From assembly GCA_051294375.1 (NCBI GenBank), contig JBJCIZ010000501.1:1-29634 (forward strand): a stretch of DNA of 29,634 nt. The letters are read 5' to 3'. The notes under the pieces are model-generated. The model searched no databases. It was not told where the DNA came from and saw only the letters and a program-made list of their open reading frames with translations. This DNA comes from Paraspadella gotoi. Lineage: Eukaryota; Animalia; Chaetognatha. Positions 1-11,670 of the stretch are shown here, piece by piece. A program made the position numbers and the translations under genes. The stretch's first letter is position 1. Each line of letters begins with the position of its first letter.

Positions 1-409
1 CTTCGTTGCCTCGTTTCTCCAGTCTTATTTTGGCTTCATATAAAAATATTTTGGTATTAACAATTTTTTATAGCCATAATTAAAAAATAAATTAGTACAA
101 AAACCGAATATTAATAAAAGAAGCTTGATAATGTTAAAACTTAATCATATCAATGTCAACATGAGTCCAGATTTTAAGCGAGGATTTGCATAATCAAATG
201 ATGAAAAGGGGAGAAAGAAGATAATGAGCGACAAAATAATTGGTGGCCACGGGCGGCAGAAGTCCGTCATATGCGAAATTGAATGCCATGTTTCCATTGA
301 AAAAGCTGAAATTGAGCGCTCTCTCTCGCTTTTCTCTCTCTCTCTGCAAATGATATCGTACATTGTATGATGTCACGAGTTGATCGCGGTAACATTTGCG
401 CATGGGATT

Positions 410-760
410 GCGCGGAACGACGCACACGGACGCACGGCGAATGTGCCAATGACGAGCACGTCGTGGCGGATGCGTTCGGGCTCGACAGAAACGTAGTACC
501 GCCTCAAAAGACGACTATCGGCTTGATGGTCAACGCTCGATTTCGCGTGGGAGCTCGAATCCGAAACGCTCGCGTGTCAATTAGATGCGAGAGGGCCGCG
601 GACAACGGACGAGCGCCGTCGATGACGGGGATGCTCCGACCTCGGCGATACGCACGCCATGGACCGGACGACAACGCGAGCGCCCGCGATGAACGGTGAT
701 GCGTTCGACCTCGAATTCAACTATGGGCGGGCTGCGACAACGGACGACTCAACCAGGCGA
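410..760. repeat. Degenerate CpG-rich tandem repeat, unit ~65-70 bp
   Basis: GACAACG(G)ACGAGCGCC..CGATGA(A)CGG.GATGC..CGACCTCG recurs at ~601 and ~669. Partial copies lie at ~737 and ~450-485. The block is a GC-rich island in AT-rich flanks. Confidence 0.55.
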
Positions 761-984
761 CTGAGCGTGAAATTGACCGAGCACCGCTGGAGTCATTCGC
801 TCCGAATGAGACGAAGTAAATAATAATATGCGGGTCTCACGTCTTTAGGGCGATCGATTTAATTTGAGAGTATCTCGCGAGTAGGAACCGATTGGGGGGA
901 GGCAGAAGACGAAAACATGGGAAACTTTATTTACCGCTATAGGCTTTCCCCTACCTACTCAAAATAGTTAACGGACATTGGCCG

Positions 985-1005
985 TCTCTCTCTCTCTCTC
1001 TCTCT
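985..1005. repeat. (CT)n microsatellite
   Basis: Pure TC dinucleotide run. Similar runs occur at ~2918-2938, ~22001-22038 and ~22387-22406. Confidence 0.95.
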
Positions 1006-1560
1006 ATAGTCTCTGTGAGAAATATAGTTACTGAATTTTTTCTTTTGCACGGAGATTTCCAAAAACTTTCCCCATCGATCGATCGAGTGGACTTTGTAAA
1101 AAGAAATAAAAAATTTAAATTTTGAAATTATAGTGATAATCCTTCTTTTTTCGTTGTAAATGATTTGAAGAGAAAAGTTTTATTGGTTTTCAGATCGAAA
1201 TCTGTTTATGTGATGAACAGAATGTTTCGGCTTTAGCATTCAAGCTTTTCAGCGTTTTTAGTTTGGATTATATATTAAAAGAAGGTGTGAGATGAGAGAG
1301 AGGAGAGTATGAGAGAGAAAGGGAGAGTAATAGTTTCCAACAATAGTGGTGAGACAGAAATAGTGGTCTGATGGTGAGGGACAGGGTAATTGAACACAGA
1401 TGATGTAAGTTTTTTTTTTAAAAAAGGAATATGAATCATACTTTTGTTAGAAGAGAAAGGAGAGAGAGAGAGATATAGATCTTCACAGGGTCATAAATAA
1501 TGAATGTAAAGACTCTACATTGTTTGCATTAACGGCGGAATCCAACGAGAAAAATAAGAG

Positions 1561-2545
1561 TCTGTAATATAATATAACGTTAGAAGCATCCCTGTGGATT
1601 ATAACCTAAATTATAAAAAATAATTAAGTTTCGATATACAGTTAATCATAGAAGCATTTAGTTGTATCGTTTATTACTATAAACTCATGAAAATTTTTTT
1701 TTTCAAAATCAGAATTTTTATAAAAACGAATTCGTGTGTTAGCGAGTTATTAAAAAAAATAAATTCAAATATTAACTACAAGATTTCTCCAATATTTTTT
1801 TATTTTTATTGGCTTTAAAACTTAGCCAAAAACTACTAAAAATTTGGTACGACTAGTATGTGGACTGATGATTTTAAAACGAGGTTTTTTCCTTTAATTT
1901 TGCCCACGTTCATCACTTGATATTATACCTGTAAAATCGGCGGTTAACTTTTGGTAGAAAATTTTATCGGCTATCTGAATGCTGTTTTTAAATAATAATA
2001 TTTTTATAAAAAGTTTTTTTTCCGATTGTTTGCAATTGTATAAATATTTAATGCTTCCAATGCAGGTAACCAAATAAAAACTAAAGTGTTGTAACTTCTG
2101 TAATATAAATAACGTTAGAGCATCTCTGTGGGATATCGAAATTAAAAAAAATTTTAAGATTTTATATACAGTTAATAACATAGAAGCATTTAAAGTTTAT
2201 CTAAGTCATGAAATTTTTTTTTTTCAAAATCAGAATTTTTAAAAACGGATTCGGGTAGAGATTAAAAAAATAAATAAAAAATATTACTACAAGATTTCCA
2301 ATTTTTTTTGTTTTATTGCTTAAACTTAGCAAAAACTATAAAAATTATGGTACGACGATGATGATGATGATGATTTTAAAGAGTTTTTCCATTATTTGAC
2401 CCACTTATCATTGAAATATTGAAAAACGCATTATATTTATGGGCTATCTGAATCTGTTCTTAAAAAATAATTTTTTTATAAAAAGTTTTTTTCATTGCCT
2501 ATTTAAATGCTTCAATGTTATACTGTGCTTCACTATTTAAAAAAG
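1561..2545. repeat. Tandem duplication, two copies of a ~535 bp AT-rich unit
   Basis: TCTGTAATATAA..AACGTTAG..GCATC starts at both 1561 and 2097. The landmarks CATAGAAGCATTTA, TTTCAAAATCAGAATTTTT, ACTACAAGATTTC and GCTATCTGAAT follow in the same order in both copies. Differences are mostly small indels. Confidence 0.9.
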
Positions 2546-2754
2546 TGATAGTAAATATTAATTAAGTATATGATAGACAAATGAATTTTATATTACAGAA
2601 CTCTTAATGATAAAAAGTGATCACTTTTGGCCTGCCTTATTGTGCAATGTACAACAGTGGTAAATGTTTAAAACTGAAATGAATTCTGAATGGTGTTTAG
2701 ACATCCCCAGAGTAGGGTGCATTTGCACCGACAATCGCGTCGGCACTACAAATC

Positions 2755-3038
2755 ACGAAATCGACCTGTCCAAACGCTGCGCGCTGAGATAAAATGACTG
2801 CCCGCGGTTCCATCACTCGCGCGAACAGACATTCGAATCGACTGTCATCCGTAGCGCGAGAGAGAAATATCTGCCCGCAGGTTCCGTCCTCGCGGCGCGA
2901 ACAGACATTTCGGGATATGAGAGAGAGAGAGAGAGAGAAAGAGAAGAATGAGAAATGGCTGTGTCTCTCTTCCATCCCAGCGTAAAACAGACATTTCGGG
3001 AAATCTGGTACGTGAGCTGTCCCATCCGCTAGCGCGCT
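2755..3038. repeat. Minisatellite, ~73 bp unit, 3-4 degenerate copies interrupted by a (GA)n tract
   Basis: CTGCCCGC(A)GGTTCC at ~2798 and 2871. AACAGACATT(T)CG at ~2824, ~2900 and ~2986. CTGTC(C)ATCCG(C)TAGCGCG recurs. Confidence 0.75.
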
Positions 3039-3675
3039 TGGGCTATGGTTGCCCCTATATTATTTCAAAAAACTCGTCCAAACTCGTCAACTCCCTTGTC
3101 ATTTCAATAGCTAGAAGGCTAATGGTTTACCTTCTGTCACTGCAGAGGGAACCGTCTCCATAAAAACTTTCACGAATCTGCGGGTTCCGCCGGCTATCCC
3201 TTTCTAACCTAGTGTTAAAGTTTTATTCCATAGTTAATTTACAAGACTTCGCTAGCTATCGACATCATCTATCTTTTTTTTTTCTTTTTTTTAAGCTGTT
3301 CTTTTTAAAAAAACAAAAAACACGTTTTTCTTTTTATTGTATAAATGACCGAATATTTTTTGTATCTGTGTTGGGCCCGCGCGGTTTCCCCTTACGCGTT
3401 TTGGAGATCGCAAAAATGGCAAAGCATCTTCCGCTGCGGTCCTGGAATTGGCGGGCCTGGAACCAATCACCGTCGAGAGTTGGGAGAAGAGAATTGTAAC
3501 CCCTTTTTTTATACCGGCGGTTCCCGCGCGCAGTCATTGTGAAGGAAAACGCGTCAATTGGTCGATAATATTATTGAGTCGCATATGAAATCTTGTTTAC
3601 TAGACGGAACACCGTTTTCCAAAACCCAGTAGAGGTTAATTATTTTTTAACATTGCGGGAACCCCCCCGCAACGA

Positions 3676-3762
3676 TTTTTAATATGTTTTTAACTTGTTT
3701 TAACCTGTTTTTAATCTGTTTTTAATCTGTTTTAACTTGTTTTTAATCCGTTTTTATACGTT
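3676..3762. repeat. Short tandem array of a ~11 bp unit (TTTTTAAYCTG-like) preceded by a GC hairpin
   Basis: About 7-8 copies of TTTT(T)AA(T/C)(C/T)TG. TGCGGG-AACCCC-CCCGCA inverted repeat at 3654-3671. Confidence 0.8.
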
Positions 3763-4361
3763 TATTTCGTGCCCTTTTATTTGAATATTAAATATATCGT
3801 TTTTAACCCTGCACTAAACATTCGAATTCCTGGCCGAGCAAATTTTTAGGTTATTTTAGATACAAGATTCAAAGCATTGAAAACGGAGCTGAAACGTCTC
3901 GCGTCCTTCGCCGAGGTGAGAGGTTGAAAAGTGCAGAATTTGAAATTACGATTGAAAATTTTTACTTTGATTCCCGGCCTTTTTATGACGCGAAAATTTA
4001 TTCGCCAACAAACGCGACGCTGGTGAAAAAACTAATATTGTCTCCTCGCCTTTCTCTCCGGCGAAAATTACGACGTGCGCGGAGATTTTGCGACACTGGA
4101 GACAAAAGATCCGGTCGCATTATTTTAGCGAACGCTGATGTGGAGAAGATCGTCGAGAATTTCTCCGTCTCTCACATGTTCGCCTTTCAGCCAAAGATTA
4201 TGACCGGCTTGAGCATGCGCGTTTTTTTGACGACGCTATTCGTAATACCTACGCACGACGCTCGCCCTTTATATAGGATTTTTTGACAATATTTATTTAA
4301 TCTTTTCCCGCCTCTTTTTAATTTTCGAGGTTTTTCCTTTTCCTATAGAACTTATCGAAAG

Positions 4362-6730
4362 ATGGCTTCGCTCAGCTCAGGCCTTTCGCACGGTCGCCCC
4401 GTAACAAATCAACCCCGATGATGAGCTTCGGGCGGCGCACGCTGGAGTTGGTCGGCGGAGTTGAACCAGGTCGCGGAAGGGAAGAACTCCGATTTACAAC
4501 GCCTCGGATGCGAGTCAATGCAGCCCTGATAGTGTTGGAGGGACGAGTGTGACAACATGGGATTCTAAAAAGAGCTAAGGCTAATAGAGATGAAGTTAAT
4601 CAGCACGAAGCTACTCTTCTTGCTTGGGATAGCTTGGCAGCAGCAAAGAGGGTTTCCAAAAAGCCCAAGTTATGGTCCTCCCTCCCAGATCTTTTTTCTT
4701 TGATACAGCTGTGGAGTGCTTGGTGGTTCCTGCCACTGCAGGTTAATGTAAGGCCCAAGGTGGATTGCACTTGGTCATGATGATGAATTCAAGAAGGGCC
4801 TTCTCAGTCTGAGGTGGAGGGTGCATCTGCCAACTGGGGTTACCCGGCCGAGTGGCAGAGTGTGTGGTGAGCTCAAGCCAGGCTGGTTTTGTGTGGCTCT
4901 AGAGGGGCTGCCTCAGGAACTGGCCGGGCTTCAGTGCCCTGTGAGTGCTGCTCGCGAGAATTCAACCACCTTTTAGGCAGGAGATCAAAGGGACAGAAGA
5001 GGGAAGGGAGGGTCAGGTCAGATCTGGTCTGGAAAAGATTATGCATGTGTCTGGTAAAAAGTAGCAGTCTGCTAAATCTATGAAAGCTGAGTTAGCAGCA
5101 TTAAGGCTACAACAAGCGACTGACAAGAAATGGTTGACCTTATTGAAACAGATTTTGAACAAATGCTGCTTTAGAAAAAATTAAAGTTTGAAAGAGATCT
5201 TAAGATGAAAGAATTAGAAGGTAAAAAGATTCAAGTTGACCTGCAGGCAAGAAATTGATGCCTGTTGAAGCTAATAGATAATGAACAAGAAAATTACCTC
5301 TCCTTGCAGATCCTCCTCAGTCCTAACACAAGGCAATAATGGTTGCAGACTGGACGTCGATAAGCACTCCTGCCGTTGATTGATGCTTCAATGGAGGTGA
5401 ATGCCTGCTGCTGCAAACAGCAATAAAGTAATTCATTAAAAGAGAACATCGATTTCAAAAGATCCTTCACCAGGTGGCTATTGGCTCTGAATCCTTTGGG
5501 CAAGGGGTTTGGGTTCCTCCTATAACCTCTTCCTTTGGTTTCAAGCCAGGCGGCAGCAACTGCAATTGGTGCAGCCCTTCCTACCGGTCCCCATCAAGCA
5601 CTTCAGTTCCCAGGAGTAATGCCCTGCTGCATATCGTTGGTGGCAGCAACTCTTGCAGCGTAAGCGTCCCATCTCAGGCTGAAAAAAATGGGAAGGCACA
5701 GCCAGCAGGTTGTGAACCTTTTCCTGAGGGAATTCCTTTACACGTTGAGAGTGTTTCCAGGCAGACTGGCATCGAATAAGTTTTTTGAAGTTGTTGGAGT
5801 GGACCAAGGGAAGCGGCCCAATATGGCAATACAAGAATTTAAGATGCATGCTAATGGTGGATGAAGCTCTGGACTTGCCGAGACAAGAATTAGCGTGAAC
5901 ATTGGGGCTACAGAACATGTACAGCTTTGGATATAATTGGAAAAGAAGCTTCTGAAGAAGGGGGAGAATCAAATCCCTCTGACCAGTCGCTTCACAGATG
6001 GTCTGCGCGAATTTTGTTGGATCTCCAATGGATGGCTAAAGGTAGCTCAAAATCAATTGATGATTATAAAGAGTTTGATTCCCATGACGTCCTGCGGAAG
6101 GAATCATCGAAAGACGCGTTCCCCCTTCATCAGAGAAGCTTGGAAGAAATATCACCATCAAGAATGAACGGTATCGGTTGAATCCGTATAGGCTGGGTTT
6201 TGCTGCTTTTATTTCCTTTATCATGACAGAGTTTTGGAGATGAATGCTTCCTTTTGCGTCAAAAAGGTGCAGCAAGATCAGCAGCCCATCCAAGGCCAAG
6301 GCTGCTGCTACTGCCTAAGGTAAGCATTGTACAGGCAACTGCTGATTCAAGGCCAAGAGTTTTCAGAAACTGCTAAAGGTGGCTAAGGGATTTAAGAAGC
6401 CTGGGACCCAAGCAGCAAGCAGTCGGGGAAACATGTTGGAGAAAGATTCAAAAGGCATCAGCATTGACACCTGTCGATGACTGACTCCACTGCTGTGGCA
6501 AAGAAAGATTCCGTATTGTGCAAGTATGTAAGAATGGAAACAATAATATTATTGATTGTTCTTGTTAATCAAAAATCTGTGTCGAAACGAGTTTCCCCAG
6601 ATTCGGAGCACTGGCAGACTGCTATCGATGTCTGCGGCGTGGGACAGCAATGCGACAAGATGCCCGGGTCAAAGAGACGTGGTTAGCAAGTGCGAATCAG
6701 ATCACATTCACACGCTCGTTCATTTTGATG
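4362..6730 (+). pseudogene. gag: Pao Gag region (DUF1759-like core plus three Cys/His knuckles), disrupted
   Basis: Candidate ATG at 4362 and a charged coiled-coil-like stretch at ~5080-5300. FLREF/KLLEWTKG and IREAWKKY segments at ~5720-6160. Knuckle remnants at ~6517-6559 (QVCKNGNNNIIDC), ~6574-6625 and 6690-6723 (CESDHIHTLVH, compare Pao C..C...HHTLLH). Confidence 0.75.
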
Positions 6731-6779
6731 CTTCAACCCTGCCAGGTCTCTAGTGGACTGCACAGGTGCTTCAATCTCC

Positions 6780-7260
6780 AAGCTTATCGTTCCGATTTGT
6801 AGGCGGTTCGTGTCAAGGGTCCTGACAAGGTAAACTGAAGTTTACGCATTGTTTGATTCTGGCAGTAACGCGTACTTTATGTTCGAGAAAGGTTGGTGGG
6901 AGGAGCTGCCATTTGAAGACTGACATCTGTGGAGATGCAAGTGGGCGACACTGGACTCCACCAAACGTGGAGAAAAGAGTCAGGTTGATTTCAACTTTAG
7001 AATCAATTGATGGCTATAACAGAGAGATGTGGATTCCTGTAGTCGTTGCGATATTACCAGCAGGCCATGGAGTTCACATTCCTAAGAATAAGATTTAACT
7101 AAGTTTCCGCATCTCATGAGTGGTCCTTCATGATTGGACAGGAATGAGATTGATGTGATCATGGGTGCCGCCGATTTTTTGGCACACAATAACTAAAATG
7201 GGACAACTTTACCCTGACAATGACAAATAATGCTTCTGCTCGGCTAACTGGCGCTAGAGT
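6780..7260 (+). pseudogene. pol: Pao aspartic protease (DUF1758-like), disrupted
   Basis: TEVYALFDSGSN with the catalytic D at 6855-6857. IDVIMGA at ~7149-7170. Confidence 0.88.
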
Positions 7261-7559
7261 AGAAAATATCAAAACCTAACGATTTGGAAGAGAAGTATGA
7301 ACTTCCTCCACTCTTCTGCCTGTTGAAGGATGGTTCAAGAAATCCCAGCCGATTATGTGATGACAGGTTATGACTTCCCCTTGCACTGAACACTAAGGCG
7401 GCAGCTGTATCGGGCAGCCTTACTTGTGTCAGGCATGGAGGACAAAGTCCCTGGCCTGACAGCAAGTGAAGACCTTCTGGGGCTGGAACTGTTACCGGGT
7501 CGAGGCTCTAATCTCCCGGCTCAGTTTTTGTCAGCCATTATCACCCTGGAACAATGAAA

Positions 7560-8620
7560 GAGCTGTCTCGACGGCTTGATCGTTGCTTTCAGTGGGATTT
7601 TGGTGACCTGCCTCATGAGAAGGATGGTCGATCTAGAGATGATTTGGAGGCTTGAAAAGAAGTCCTTCAAGGCAATCAATTGAATTGGTTGATGGGGCAT
7701 TTTTTGGGTTGCCTCTCGCCATGGAAAGGTGGCCGTAAAGCTGCTGCAAATGAACCTTTTTAAGGTTGACCATTCGTGCCATGGCTATTAAGAGAGCCGA
7801 AGAAAGCCATGCTAAGTTGGGCTTCGCGATCGTAGAAAGCCTTTGACTAGGTGAATGGGATTGTTCCAAGGAAGTGGTTGGAATGAAGGAGTCGCCTCTG
7901 AGATCTCAGGAATCAGTGACCCTCTTCAGCCATCTGGACAATGCCCATAGTGCTCGTTCGTAAGAGATGATAGCCTGGGAAGGTCAGGACTTTGCCATGA
8001 ATGCTAAAGCCTGAAGTAAGAGGTATCAGGTTTGAAATAGTCAGCTCAAATGGCAGTCCAGACTTGAACAGCCAAAGTTAAATGCGGCATATCTTGCTTC
8101 GCTTTTAGGAGAAGCCTATAGTGATGATGGGATGTGAAAGGTTTCTTTCACAGGTGAGGGTTTCTCCTCCCGACCAAGAGGCTTTGAGGTTTGCCTTTTG
8201 GGTGATTCTGAGGCTCTTTGAGTCCTTGGATCCTTAAAGCTCTCGTGACTGTGTTTCGGATTTTTGAAACTCCTCCCATCTGCCTGTGCTTTGTGGTCAA
8301 GTACCTGGCTGAACCTAAGGTCGTGACAAATACCATCTCTGTCACGATTGAGGCAGTTAAAGCGGGAATTTGTAAATGTCGAATTGATATCATGAATGGT
8401 CAGGCATCTGTTTGAAGATGCTAAAAGAGTCACGTTGAACTGCAGGAGTTGTTTTGCCGCTGGTGGGTTTTCAACTCACCAAATGGCGGGTCGAATGACC
8501 CTGAGGTGCGGGCCAGGCGATTGGAGATTGTGGGCCAATCAGACCCTGAAAGAGGTGAAGGATCCTGATGAAGCTGATGGGTCAAAGCCCTTGGCGTAGC
8601 CTATGATCGAGGCACAAGAT
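7560..8620 (+). pseudogene. pol: Pao reverse transcriptase, disrupted
   Basis: LVDG..LP.WK (~7686-7728), PGKVR (~7974-7988), ILLRF (~8091), DVKGFF (~8131), GGF-QLTKW-SN (~8462-8498), KALGV (~8584). The YVDD position (~8368-8390) is garbled. Confidence 0.88.
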
Positions 8621-8649
8621 GATTTGGGCCTTTAAGGTGGATCACCTAA

Positions 8650-9480
8650 GGAGAGGGGGAGAAAGTGAGGAACTAAGAGGCAGTTGAATGGGGGTGGTAG
8701 CATCCCTGTACGACGCCCTACTAGGAATCGTCTCTCCCTGCCTCTTTTTGCTCAAGTGTAATACTTCAAGCGGCTTGTGTGAAGAAGGGGTGCAATTGGG
8801 ATGATGCCTGTGCCCCAAGGATGAGTTAGATTTGTTCATGGAATGGAGAGGTTCCCGGCCGAGATTGAAAAAATTGAGGCTCAAGGAGATACCATCTTCC
8901 CAATCGAGTTTGGAAGATGTTGCTTGACAGGACAAGCTCCAACGAAACTGGTTTTGGTGAGCCTCCATGGAAGCATATGGTGCGGTTGCTATCTTCCGCT
9001 TTGTGGAGTGTCACTGGCAAGTCCTATATTTGTTTTGTGACCTCGAGATCGAGGGTGGCACCGCATCAATCAGAGAAACAAAGGCTTGTTGGGAGACACT
9101 CGCCGCTTTAGCGTCTTGAATTGACTGCTAGCAGTCGTGGCGTTGACCTCTACAGTCTGCTAGAACAAGAACTCGTATGAGAAAGGCAGACTCAAGTGAC
9201 TCCTGTGGTCGGATTTCTCAATGGTCCCTGAAACAGATTCGCAATACAGAAGACCCGTTTTAAGGCCTTTGTTGGCAGAATCGCAATCACAAAGAATCCT
9301 GCAAAGGACGACGCCTGATTCAATGGAGATTGTTTCCCACGGACGTTATCCAGCTTGACATGTGTTCCCAGGGGCTTGAGGGGCTGAATGAAGAAGGAGA
9401 AGTGGGACCAACACCCATCAGGGTCCCGCAAGTTTCTCCGAGAGTTGCCCGAAAGTGCTTGGCCAGTGGAGCAGATTAGT
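8650..9480 (+). pseudogene. pol: Pao RNase H region (Peptidase_A17 Pfam region), disrupted
   Basis: VASLYD..LG (~8697), WDD (~8798), SMEAYGAV (~8964-8987), FVTSRSRVAP (9034-9063), RLEL (~9112), WSD (~9206), FKAFVGRI (~9259), QWR...PA.D..SRG (~9321-9375). Confidence 0.9.
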
Positions 9481-9779
9481 AGAGCCTGAAAGAAGTTACT
9501 GTCGTGCATAGAAGTGACATTCTAAAATGTTAAATAGTGCTGTGGAAGGAATGACTTTGTTGCCGCCTCTTTGAGAAATGGTTTCACATGGATAAAGAGC
9601 GGTTCGACGCTCATTTCGATCTTGCAGCGGTTTTTCTGGCCACCTCTTCAAGGTTTCCTCGCATGTCTCTTGATCCTCTTGAGCGTAGCTGAGGTGACCT
9701 TGGTCGCGGTTATTTGAGGCAGCAGTCATTCTCTAACAGAATTGAAGCGTTTGGCGATTTCGGAGAGATGTCCGAGACG

Positions 9780-10740
9780 AGAGCTTCGATCGGGAATTCG
9801 CCTCTGAGAAAGCTTGACCCTTTGTTGATGATGCCGGCCACCCCCTTAGTTGGTGGCAGACTTGCCAAAGGCGGACGAGGAGTATCAGACTATCAGTAAG
9901 GCACCCATGGATTCTCCATCGTTCGACCAATCTTGTCAAGGACCTGATTCAGAAGTATCATGAAGAGTGGCGCAATGTGGGGTGGAGGGCCACGTTGGCT
10001 CCCTTCGGTCTAAGTTCTGGATCTTGGGGGCGCGCTCTGCCACCAGATCAATGAGATGGCATTGTTTCATGCCGAAAGAATTCGGAGCGCAACCCCTTTG
10101 ACCCAAAAAATGGCAACCTGGCTTCTGACCGATCGTGTGACACGAGGCCATCCATGTCCTCTCTACCGGTGTAGAACCTATTTGGGTCCCATTTAGGTTC
10201 GATTGGGTCGTCGAGGCAGCAAAACAAAAAGATGGGTTGCGCTTTTTCAACTTGTCTACCGACTCCGCGCCGTTCACTTGGAGGTCGTTGAGACTTTGGT
10301 CGACAGGACAGTTTTATCTTGGCGTTGCTGCGCTTTAATGCAATGCACCCAGAGTCCCGTCACATGTCTCTGATTTGCGGCACAAATAAACTTCAAGGGG
10401 AAGCGCATCGTGAGTTGAAGGAAGAGTTCGAGAAGCGTCAGGCTTGGTTATGGCAGAGGCAGCACTTGACCAGCGGTTTTTTTCGTGGCGCTTTAAGCAC
10501 CTCAGGCACCGCACCAAGGGTGGAGTGGTGGGAAGAAGGTTGGTGAGGTCATGTAAGGAAGGCGCAATGTGGTTTGCTCCTTGATCGGTGAGAGGTTTCC
10601 ATGATCCTGCGGCCTGAGGTGTTCAATACCACTTGTGGCTGTGGATCGCTGGCATCCTCAACTGGCGTCCTATTCTAGGGTGGTCGGAACGATCCTAGCG
10701 ACGCGTTGGCTCTTACAAAATACCTAATGACTTTCTCCAT
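9780..10740 (+). pseudogene. pol: Pao integrase (HHCC plus DDE core), disrupted
   Basis: LRKLDP (~9804), LVGGRL (~9846), HPWIL (~9902), KFWI (~10012), TGV.....GP (~10165-10192), RWVALF/TCL/RAVHLEVV (~10230-10290), SD.GT (~10369), LNWRP (~10657), PNDFL (~10723). Confidence 0.92.
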
Positions 10741-10789
10741 CCTACGGTACGTTCCTGCTCTCTCATCCTCGGAAAAGAATCGTTCCGCC

Positions 10790-11118
10790 AGACGAAGCCG
10801 GTGATGCCCTTAGAAAGATAATGGAAGCAGTCGCAGAGCCTTTGTCGATTTCTTCGGAAGAGATGGCGTAATTGAGTAATCTCCGAGATTTGCAGAGCGC
10901 ACAAGAAATGGATGGCGACGAGGCGCAATCTCTCCATTGGAGATGTTGTACTCGTCGTGGAAACGAGCTGTCCGAGAGACGCCTGGAATATGGCGATAGT
11001 CGAAGAGACGATGCCTGTTGACGGAATTGTCCGGAAAGTGATTGTTCGTACCGCTTTAGGCAACGAGCCTTCACGTGATCGTACGGGTTTGGTGCTTCTT
11101 GAAGCTGATGGTGAATGA
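10790..11118 (+). pseudogene. pol: Pao C-terminal DUF5641 domain
   Basis: ORF 10912-11118 reads RRNLSIGDVVLVVETSCPRDAWNMAIVEETMPVDGIVRKVIVRT, preceded by LQ...KW. This is the typical end of a Pao polyprotein. Confidence 0.93.
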
Positions 11119-11657
11119 CTGCAGTGGCGAAGCGAAAAATGCCAAAATGGCTTAGCAGCTGCTTGAATGATATGAATATGGAACCAGCCGTTATTGATGC
11201 AATCCTCAAGATGTCCTCTTGGCGGCAAGCAGATGGAGGGGGAAGCCCCATCCACGACGCAGTTGAGGCGGCCTCCGCTCCACGACGCCGTGAAGCAAAG
11301 GAAGCCAACCTCCGCCTCCCTTGATCGTCGATCTGCTTGATCAGCCCCGGCAACTCTCGGAGTTGTCGACGGCGGTAGATGATTACTCTAGATGCTCTGG
11401 CATGCTATGATAGTGCTTGTTGCATTTGACCGGCAATTTCCGTTTGCTGCTTGATTTGATTTATTAATTTGATTTAGATTGGTATTTTAGACTTGGCATA
11501 TGATTTTGAACTATGATTTTTGCTTATGGATTGGTTTTAAGCGTCGAGGATATTGTTCGCTTTTATTTGATTTATCTGATGATTTTAAATTCCTGTAAGA
11601 TGGATCTGTGTCGATTTGGACGAGAGAATCGAGTTTCTGGGACCAGTGGGTTCTGTG

Positions 11658-11670
11658 ATGGAGGGGGAAT
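11658..11670 (+). promoter_or_regulatory. Probable polypurine tract of the Pao element
   Basis: ATGGAGGGGGAAT directly followed by TGTTTCC. This resembles the GGGGGRA-TGT junction usual for BEL/Pao and lies ~550 bp after the pol stop. Confidence 0.55.

Noticed and set aside
367-699. Cadherin-repeat-like words in the 110-aa ORF (AADNGRAP, DDNA, LDF)
   Set aside because: The motifs come from a ~65-70 bp DNA tandem repeat, and their recurrence does not fit a ~110-aa cadherin domain.
2918-2950. Match to the GA-rich part of the putative 3' LTR (~11891-11925) as a 5' LTR remnant
   Set aside because: The similarity is limited to low-complexity purine sequence and the flanks do not align.
3831-3840. 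TGGCCGAGCA as a primer-binding site
   Set aside because: Only a short imperfect resemblance to a tRNA 3'-end complement, with no adjacent LTR copy.
3924-4286. 120-aa ORF upstream of gag
   Set aside because: Non-ATG start, no recognisable motif, and it overlaps short repeats. It is likely retroelement leader sequence.
10713-11353. The two longest ORFs in the track (180 and 196 aa, minus strand)
   Set aside because: They are antisense shadows of the plus-strand Pao integrase/DUF5641 region.
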